From assembly GCF_009914755.1 (NCBI RefSeq), contig NC_060938.1: 64,000 nucleotides of DNA; one strand, given 5' to 3'. Source of the stretch: the human T2T-CHM13v2.0 reference genome, Homo sapiens. This document shows, piece after piece, positions 55,141-64,000 of this stretch. The first letter of the stretch is position 1, and each line of letters begins with the position of its first letter. Made by a program: the position numbers and the translations under genes. Under the pieces are notes generated by a model. It worked only from the letters and a program-made list of their open reading frames with translations. It was not told the origin of the DNA and ran no database searches.

Positions 55141-56010
55141 GTTCGGTCTTGGCATTAAGGCTTTTTTCTATCCCAGAAGCATTCTGGAGTTTGGGCTGTG
55201 CCCACCTTGTCTGGGAAGATGAGGCTGTGGGGACACCTTTACGTCAGGGTGTGTTTCTGCTCATCCCTCCTTGTTTGCTTTTAGATCAGGCTCATGGGAG
55301 ATGTCTGGTGGACAGAACCCCCCACCCCCTTTAGGAATTGCATTAAGGACATGAGCTGCTAATTTTGTCGCTGTCAGTGCCTGGCAGGCAGATGGCCCTG
55401 AGCCTCAGTTTCTCCATTTGTGATGGGAAGAGAACTCCCCGCCCCATCTCCCAGGATGTGGTGCGTGTGAACAGGGCTGTTTCTGTGGGTGGTTTAGACC
55501 CCCGTGGGTGCTTGGCACTTCCTGCCTGCAGTTGGTGAGGATCGTGAGCAGTTGTAATCAGGCCTGATAGGAAGGCCCCCAACTCTACCGCGGCCTTGAG
55601 TGGCTGCCAGCTCCATGACCAGGCCTGCTTCAAAACTTGCCTGCAAGTTATTTTTTTCAGGGTGTCTGGTTCCTGTAAACAGGCTTTCCCAAACCCTCTC
55701 AGGCTCCAAGAACCCGCTTTGGCTGTGCATCCCACTGCCGTTCATGCTCCCCAGCCCAATGGAAAACCTCAAGACAATCCCACTCCATTTGGCTTCATGC
55801 AAGCCCTCCCCTCCAGCTCCCTCCCCTCCTGCCTTCCCAGGTAAGTTAGAGTGAAAGGAGGGAGTAGGAGGCTGGGATGGAGACACCTTAGAGAGAGGCT
55901 GGCCCCACCAGGCAGTCATGATGGTCTCAGGCCTGCTATGTAACACCTTTCCCCAGCACACCTACACTGGGTGGGCTAGGTGAGTGGGTTGTGCCAGGAG
56001 GCAAATGGTG

Positions 56011-56011
56011 A

Positions 56012-56042
<31 letters not shown>

Positions 56043-56045
56043 TGC
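56011..56045. repeat. (TG)n microsatellite
   Basis: Directly visible. Confidence 0.95.
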
Positions 56046-57952
56046 GCCAGCTAGCTGCCCCCACTCTCAGGAGCCCGGTGCTGATGGTGATCTCTCTCTC
56101 TCTCAATGCAGGAACAAGGGGCTGCATTGTTAGCTAGCCTATCTCTTGGTTTCTGATTCACCCCGGGCCACGGCAGCCTGAGCAGGTTCACAGCTGCTCA
56201 GGGTTATACTTTCCAGCACATTTAGGACTTGGAACAGCCCCAGGTTTCAGGAACACATGGTGATGGGGGAGGGGAGGGGCTCAAATAGACGGGGTGTGGG
56301 GGAAGCGAGCTACTTCTTTCTTTCTTCAAGATGAATCTCCATTTTCATCATCTGATAGCAGGAACAGCATCTGAGGACGGCGGATGAATTGCAAACCTGC
56401 TCAGGTCGGGGGAGAGGGCAGGCGTGTGGGGGAGATGGGCAGATTTAGTTCATCCTGGCTGAGGTCTTCTTGTGCAGCCATGTACCCTCTGACACACAGC
56501 TCTTGCTCCAGTTACAGCCTCTGCACAGCCAGGGCCTGCCAGGGACGCCCACCCGCGGGGCACTCTGGCATACATCTCGGAAGTCAGCCCCCAGAGTGGG
56601 CCTCTGGCTTCCAGCAGCCATGGCCAAGAGGGCAGGGAGGAGCTGGAAACCGGCCCTAAGAGGTGGGACGTGAGGAACACCAGCTTCCATCTTACAGATC
56701 GGCGGGGTCTTTTCTCTCTGTTGCTAGTGGCTGGCTAAGGAGGAAATCGAGACTATAATTTCCCAGCCTCTACCATCTCCCTATTTTCTCTGAGACAAGT
56801 AACTGCCTCACAGCAGACAGGAACCAGGTGACACTGCTGTCCCAAGCATTCTGCCCACATTCAACCACAGCCATTCATCCATCCATCTGATATCTGCTGA
56901 GGGCCTTCTAAGAGCCAGGCATGGTCCAGGTGCTGGCTTTTAGCAAGGAGCAGAACACAGTCCCTGTCCTGCAGGAGCCAGGAGAACCCACAGGAATGGC
57001 AGGCATTGACAGCACCATGTACAAGGGGCTCGGGCTGGGCAAAACCAGATTTGAGCACTGTCAGTGACTTTGAAAAGCCTGGACCCTGCTCACCTGGCAG
57101 CAGGCAGCCTCCTCCTCTGCTGCCATCTAGCTGGACAATCTGGGGCAGGGTTCTCTTGAGCCTGGTCATCTCAGCCCACCCACAGAGATGACTATAGGTA
57201 TCCTGCCTACCTCCTAGGGCAGCTGAGAAACTCAAGTAAGATTTGTGCACAGAATCCCAAAATATAAAACCTTTGTCCAGCTCTCAGATTCTTCTCCCCC
57301 TTTTCTCGATGGGGTAACTGAGGACTGAGGCCTAACATGCAGGAGCCTGTATCAGAACAGGGAGGCTGCTGTGTGCTGCCAGAGATTGCCACCCCTCCCA
57401 GCCTCTCTGGGCAGTACTACACAGAGCTGGCCTCTGTGAGGGGTGCAGAGCAGCTCCGGGACTCCCACACAGAGCCCCTTTCTCCTGCGCTCTGGCCCAG
57501 AGCTCGCTCTCAGGGTCCTATAATTGAAAAGGCGACCGCAGGCCGGCAGTGTGACCTTTGGGCCTGCCTGAGCGGGTGACTGAGTTAGGCCCCCAGGTCC
57601 CCCACCCCTGAGAGGACCAGCCAGGCCCCAATTTTTCACAGACACAGCAAGGAAGGTGCAGCATGGCAGAGAGGACCGGGCTGAGCTCCTGGCTCCCAGC
57701 CCCCATGGGTCACTTGTCCCCTCTGCTCCACACTGTTCCCATTCACTATGCGGGATCAAGAACTACCACCCTCTCTTTGAGGATAGACAGGGAGAGAGGA
57801 CAGGGTGTATGTCAGAGACTAGATGAGTTTGCAGCTGAATAAAAGGGTTTAAGCAGCCTGGTTAAAACAGGAAAGAGCCTCAGTACAACCTAGTCATAGT
57901 GCTGCCTTTGACTTTCTACATAGAAGTTTCTACAAAGATGGAATGTTCTAGA

Positions 57953-58093
57953 GTTGCACTGTCCAGTAGGACAGCCACTAGCCATATGTGACTATTGAGC
58001 ACTGAGATGGAGCTGGTGTGACTGAGAAACAGAACCTTTACCTAAGTTTAAATAGCCACATGTGGCTAGTGATATCCATATTGGACATTGTAG
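57953..58093. mobile_element. MER3-like hAT-Charlie MITE
   Basis: cactgtccag..agccactagccatatgtgactattgagcac...tagccacatgtggctagtg. Confidence 0.85.
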
Positions 58094-58234
58094 GTCTCGC
58101 AGTGGGGGGAATGCTGAGGCTTTGGAGCCACAGAGATCTAGGTTCAAATCCTGACGCTGCAGCTGAAACTTAGCACTTCATGGCTAGGGCATGCTGCTTG
58201 ACCTCTTGAGACTCAGTTTCCCCGTCATTTAACA

Positions 58235-58362
58235 AAATTTTTTTGTAAAGACAGGATCTCGCTATATTGCCCAGACTGGTCTCGACCTCCAGGCTTCAAG
58301 TAATCCTCCCACCTTGGCTTCCCAAAGTGCTGGGATTACAGGTGTGAGCCACTGCACCAGCC
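58235..58362 (-). mobile_element. FLAM monomer inserted into a MIR (58110-58230)
   Basis: Alu left monomer; imperfect TSD tccccgtcatttaa/tccccatcattaaa. Confidence 0.88.
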
Positions 58363-59639
58363 TCCCCATCATTAAATGTAGAGCTGAATAATATACTAAG
58401 TGAGCCTGGTGGGGGGCCAAGGCCCAGGGTCCAGCTCATAGGAGCTGATAGTCCATCTATTAGGACTGCTGCCTCGGCCCCTGCAGAGATCAGTCTGGTG
58501 GCTTCAGGCATCTGTGTCTAGGAGGGCTAGATTGATCCAGGCTTTTTCTTCCTATGTGTGTACTGAAGGAAGCCTGCAGGCAGGAAAAGGTTGTTTCTCC
58601 TTAGTGTGTGGAGGATTTGACAGAGCAGGTCCAGAAGTGCCAGGACAGGTTGTCAGGCTTGGACCTTCTGCTCTGTGCTCATCAGCTTCATGCTTCATAA
58701 ACAGACATCCCTAGATTCATTTGGTGAGCCTGGTGGACCCAGGCTGGACAAAGATGGGATAAGAGGACATCTCCTGCCCTGGAGCTCAGCTGCCAGCTGT
58801 TTTCCTCCTAAGCTGCTGCCCATGAGCTGACTTTCTTCCTCCTACACCTGAATCAGAACTTACCTGTCCCACCTGGTAAAAATCTGCTCATTATTTGCCT
58901 GAGTGACAGCTCCTTGCCTTGGCCCAGGCACTGAGGTCTTCCTAAGATCTGGCCCTGCCCTTGCCAAGAAGCGCATCGCCACTGCACAACTCCGACAGGA
59001 GCACCAGGGACCATGAAAAAGAGGGAGCTCTGGGCTGGGTTGGCAGGTGAGATGGGGTGGGGAGAGCTCCCCAGCTGCTCTCTGAGGACAGCCACGTCCC
59101 TGGCCTTGCTCTGTGGGAGCCTCTGAGCCAGCCACCCTGGAAACCTTGGTGCTACCAGTGCCATGTCAGTGGGGGCTGCCCGGACCGAGAATCTGGGGCT
59201 CAGGACACTCAGCCCTGGGCAGCACTGACAGACCTGTCCTCATGGTGCATGGCAACAGGGGCTCATTCAGATGATGAGGGCCACTGGCCCGTGCCCCCTG
59301 GTGACAATGGCCAGGCAGGAGAGCTGGCAAGTGCCAGGGCAGCCAAGAGTCACAGAGGAAAACAGCCGTCATAGTGCCAAGGATAGTGAAGCTTGGTTTC
59401 CCCATCACCCCTTCATCTCATCTGCACCAAGTGTAATCACTCAGCCCTACTTCACAATCCCTCTACAAGGAATAGGACGGAATGAACTACACTCCATCCA
59501 CAGAGGGAAACATGGAGGTTCAGTCACCTACAGAAAGTCACCTAGAGACTCTGCCTCAGGGTTCTCCCTGCCTTCTGCCCCACACCCCACCAGATCATCA
59601 TCATCCTCGTCCTCCTGATCATCAACACCATTGTCATCA

Positions 59640-59850
59640 CCATTTATTAAGTGCCTGATTTTGTGTGGAGCATGCATTGTTACATCATTTCATCCTCACT
59701 ACAACTCTGTGAAGCAGGTATATTTATCCCCAGTTTACAAAGGGAGAAACTGAGGACCCAAGAAGTTATTAACTTGTCTAAAGCCACACAGCTCCCTGGA
59801 GTAAGAGAGAGGCTGTACAGCCCAGGATGTCACTCCCTGCACAGCACAAC
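59640..59850 (-). mobile_element. MIR
   Basis: catcctcactacaactctgtgaagcaggta...gagaaactgaggaccca. Confidence 0.85.
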
Positions 59851-60929
59851 CACTCAGGAGAGAGGGGCGGGAGGGAGGAAAGGCTGGCGGGATGGTCTCT
59901 CCTCCATAACATGCCACCAAGCCCAAGACAAAGGTCTGCTGCTGGCAAGGGTGACCGTGTGGCCTGGAGGGAGGGCAGAGAGTGGACAGCGCTGGGGGAA
60001 AGCCCTGCAGAAGCATGCTAATCTGCACCCCTCCTCTCCACCCACGGAGCCTTTTCCTCCAGGCCAGCCTGTTCCACAGGAAAAACAATCTCCCCTGCCT
60101 GGGGACGTGAGGCCCTGGGGCCGGCTGGGCCACCTTCTGGTCTGTCTTCATTCAGATCCCATTTCTCTCCTCTCTGGAAGCTGGGGGAGGGAGTCACGCT
60201 GGGGAAGGCGAGGATGAGGCTAAAGTCTTCATCTGTCCCCCTTTAAGCCAAGCAAAGAAAAATAGCCCTTTGCCAAGATCTTTCATCTCAGTCATTTACT
60301 CTCGCAGATGTTTTCTGCAATATAAACAAGAAGCAAAGAATGTTGGGGAGGAGAAGAGGGCGGGAGGCGGGTAGGAGGGAAAGGAGGAGTGAATTGACAG
60401 CTTTGAAATCTGGGCCTGCAGAGGGCAGGAAACAGGACCTTGGGAGGGTCCCGACTGCCCTGAGAGCCTGGGCAACCTCAGGACACTGCACCGGGGCAAG
60501 CCAAGGGTCGCTTCCCAGGGTGTCTTTGAAAGGAGATTCTGGAGAGGCAGCCCAGCCCTTGAGTGGGTGGTCTCCCCAGACGCCCTCCCTCTGCCTGGGA
60601 AGCGACACATGGACGGCAGCTGCTGGGGCCCTATGGGCCCAATCTGGAGCCATGCCCTGCCAGGGAACACACCTGCCCACCTTAGCACTCCCCAAAAGTT
60701 CTGGGGCAAGGACGCTCAGCCTGCTGCCAATGGAGGCATCAGTAGGACTGACAAGAGATGCTGACACCTGCAATGGGCATTAGGGTGCATGCGGGGGAAA
60801 GAATCTTGAGCTGGTGGGGGTTGGCACCTCCTACAGTGGGTCAAGAAATAAACCAAGGAAATCAGGTGTCTCTGAGTTCACTGTTCTGTGAGATTCCTAT
60901 TGATGTCAGTAGCTTTTAAACGAATAAGC

Positions 60930-61205
60930 CATGGATTACGAACTCAAATGCCAATGGGGGCTGGCAGTAACCCACAGGAGCAAAGCCAGGTGAGCACTGC
61001 CCTGACTTGAAGAAGGCTGGCCCATCTAAAGGGGGCACCACCACTCAGTTTCAGCTGGGTATTTAAGACAGCCTAGAAATCCAGAGTTCTGTATAAAGTA
61101 TCCTGTTTTTAAAAATATTTGCACTAATTAAAAACAAAAAGCAGAAAAATACCGGGCTGGACACGTGAGACGTGCTGCTGAGTAGCTTTTAGTTTGTGAA
61201 TCGTG
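60930..61205 (+). mobile_element. MER102-like hAT-Charlie
   Basis: aactcaaatgcc...ccatctaaagggggca...ctcagtttcagc...agaaatccag. Confidence 0.7.
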
Positions 61206-61430
61206 GATTTGAGATTTTTGCAAAATATGCTGGTTGAATGAATAAATGCTTAGTCTTTCTGCTCTTCACTTTAAAAAGGGATTTGTGAGAAGCTTGGATA
61301 AGAATCCAATAGCAAGCTTTTATTGGGCATCTACTATCTCCCCAAAATGGAGCTAAACATTCTGATGGATTCAGAGAATCAGAGGACCTGGTCTTGCCCT
61401 TGAGGATTTACACTGTAGTTGGGAGACCGA

Positions 61431-62296
61431 ATCAGCTCCTGGTGCAGAGCCTGGGCAGACACGGGGTTCCAGAGCATGCGGCAACAGACACTGCTCCTGC
61501 CCTCAGGGAGCTACTGTTCTGATCTGTCTCCTGTTCTGTAAAGTGGGAACACACAGGAAATGAGACCAGTCCTTGACAGTCCTTGGTTATGCGGCACAGA
61601 ATGTTTAGGGGAAGGGGAGAAACTAGGCAATGCTCCCAGAGGGGGCGGTGTTTGGGCTGAACCTTGAAAGATGGGTAGGAAGAGCCACTTGTTTCCAGCT
61701 GATAAGTGAATTCTGAAACTGGCCGACTTCTCACCCAGCCAAAACATTGAGAACTCTGCAGGATCAAAACCCAGGACCACCAAAATGAGGGAGTCCTGCT
61801 TGCTAAGAAAGAGTGGCTGTCCCACATCTGCCATCAACATGTCACCAAATCGCGTATAGTGTCTCCAGGGGAAAGTCCCCTAGAGCCTTCAGGGGAAAGT
61901 CAGTGAATGGGTGGCTTGAGCGGAGCTGCAGCCACAGAGGAAGGCCAGCCATTTAGGAAGCAGTGACAGGCAGGCCTGATGTCAGCAACCTTTTTGAAAG
62001 GAAAGAGGGGGACAGATTTCACACAAGGGCCCTTGAGGGTTTCTGAGTATCCGTGGTTTCCCGTGAATGACTATAGTTTTGTGCTCCTTGCAAGGAAAGG
62101 AACGGAAAGGGAACCAACTCTGAGATTCCCACATATTCCACAAACACACTGCAGAACAGGAGAAATTATTCCCGCTTTACAGAACAGGAGACAGACCAGA
62201 GCAGTAAGCCTCCTGAGGGCAGGAACCATGTCTGTTGCTGTTGCTGCACGCGCTGGAATCCCTGGTGCCTGCCAGGGGTCTGCACCAGGGGTTGAT
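61431..62296. repeat. Old inverted duplication: arms 61431-61549 and 62169-62296
   Basis: About 80% identity by eye with small indels; both arms share the same L2-like/MIR-like junction. Confidence 0.85.
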
Positions 62297-62699
62297 GATG
62301 CCAAATGTGACTTGTTTGAGATCTTACAGCCAGAAGTGGCCCGGGGGAAATTCAATCCCAAATCTGCCAGACCCCAAAGCCCTGGTTCCTTCTGTGATGC
62401 TGGGGAAATCTGCATCTCCATAGATTCCCAAAGGTCACTTAAAGGAGAATGCTGGATGCTCCAAAGTTTGAAAACTATGAGCGGATGCACTCCATCATGG
62501 GTTGGTATGCCCAAGGAAGTGTTAGCATGAAGGGGGCGTGGCATGCAAACATATTCATGTGGCCAGGCATTGGAATTCAACAGAGATCCTTTGAGACAAC
62601 ACGCCCTCCTTTTCATGCCCGGTAGAGGTCTCTTCTCCAACAGCCCTGGGTGCGAACATCTCTAAGGGAAGCCAACTCACCACCTCACGTCCCACTCTG

Positions 62700-63670
62700 A
62701 CTGCCAGCAGGTTGTGCTCTAGGCTGGCCCAGTTAGCCATCACCCAGTGGTCTTTGTACTCTCTTTCTGTCCTCCACCAACAAGGCTCTTCAACATGACT
62801 ACCTTCCAGACACTTGAGAACCTCTCTTTTATTTGCCAGCTCTCTTATTTATCTCTTCTGCTTTTCCTTCACACATTCTCGTGTGACACACTCTCAGTCC
62901 CCTCCCCCATCCCCATGGCTGTCAGCAAATGCGATCCATTGCATTTTGCTTCTCCTTTAAAAGCAGTGCAGTGGCATTCCAAGTGGGACAGACCAGTAAA
63001 GAGGCCAGCAGGAGAAATACCTCCCTCATCTTCAACACTCTTCTTCAGTTAATGTCACCTAAGATGACACCAATTTTCTTGGTAACTGTTCAGGTTGATT
63101 CACGTCGACTTTACAGTCAACACACACCCCTGAGTCTTTCACACCTGCCCCATCCCGGGCATGTATAAAATTCCATTTGTTTAGCCCCAAGGTTCCAGAT
63201 GTACATTAATCCTATTATATTTCATCTCGTTACATTCAGCCACCATGAATCCAAACTGTTTTGGGATCTTAGGAGATTCTAATTCTGTTATCCAAGATGT
63301 CAGCTGCCTCTGAAAGTTCTTCCTAGTCTCTAATAGAACTGTTGAAACAGAACGGTCATGGGAGATTCTGGGACACGGATGGAACCACCCAGCAGGCTGA
63401 CATCCATCTGTTTGTTAGCAGCTTTAGGGCCACTCAGCACATCCCCAGCTGTCCCAGTGACACTGTCTCCAGCCCTCCTTGTTCTCAAGAGAGCCATGAG
63501 CTGTCTGCTCTGCTGCCTACCACAATGCCATGTGCTACCAACTTAGGAATCCTGTCTCCTCCCTCCAAAAAAGTACAGTGAGTAGTCATCTTTTTTCTTG
63601 GTAAATCCATGCTGATTCCTAACGATCATCACTTTCTTTCCTAAGCCTTCATAAGCCATCCCTTTCCTTG
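62700..63670 (-). mobile_element. L3/CR1 LINE fragment
   Basis: CR1-like motifs atttcatctcgttacattcagcc, cttggtaaatccatgctgattcct. Confidence 0.6.
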
Positions 63671-63739
63671 TAGATGAGAGAAATTAACCCTGAGTTCAAA
63701 GCAGAAGCCTTCAGACAGCTGTACGTGTTAATTCATTAT

Positions 63740-64000
<261 letters not shown>

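Noticed and set aside
55838-58866. Isolated perfect donors CAGGTAAGT (plus strand ~55838, minus strand ~58864)
   Set aside because: About 0.5 copies expected by chance in 128 kb of both strands; no convincing paired acceptor
59651-62640. Several overlapping 130-190-aa ORFs
   Set aside because: Open on both strands in GC-rich and repeat-derived DNA; no recognisable protein

Overview
Primate (most likely human) non-coding, repeat-rich genomic DNA. No protein-coding gene is supportable: the only ORFs with recognisable homology are decayed L1 ORF2 and Tigger transposase fragments. The window holds Alu/FLAM/FAM SINEs, old L1, L2, L3/CR1 and MIR fragments, MaLR/ERVL/ERV1 solo LTRs (MLT1, MLT2, LTR33, LTR10C-like), hAT and Tigger fossils and microsatellites. 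One CpG island (~29.2-30.0 kb) carries an NRF1 motif and a minus-strand splice donor; strong minus-strand splice sites further along suggest a spliced lncRNA. The most unusual structure, which repeat families do not explain, is a set of local copy events: three inverted duplications of 120-153 bp (1.5/2.3 kb, 49.1/49.3 kb, 61.4/62.2 kb), a composite templated insertion (18.7 kb, copied from 22.1 kb) and a tail-to-tail Alu pair about 21 bp apart. Repeat subfamily names come from recalled consensus sequences and need RepeatMasker/Dfam confirmation. I could not identify the locus by name, and I see no evidence of a new coding system.
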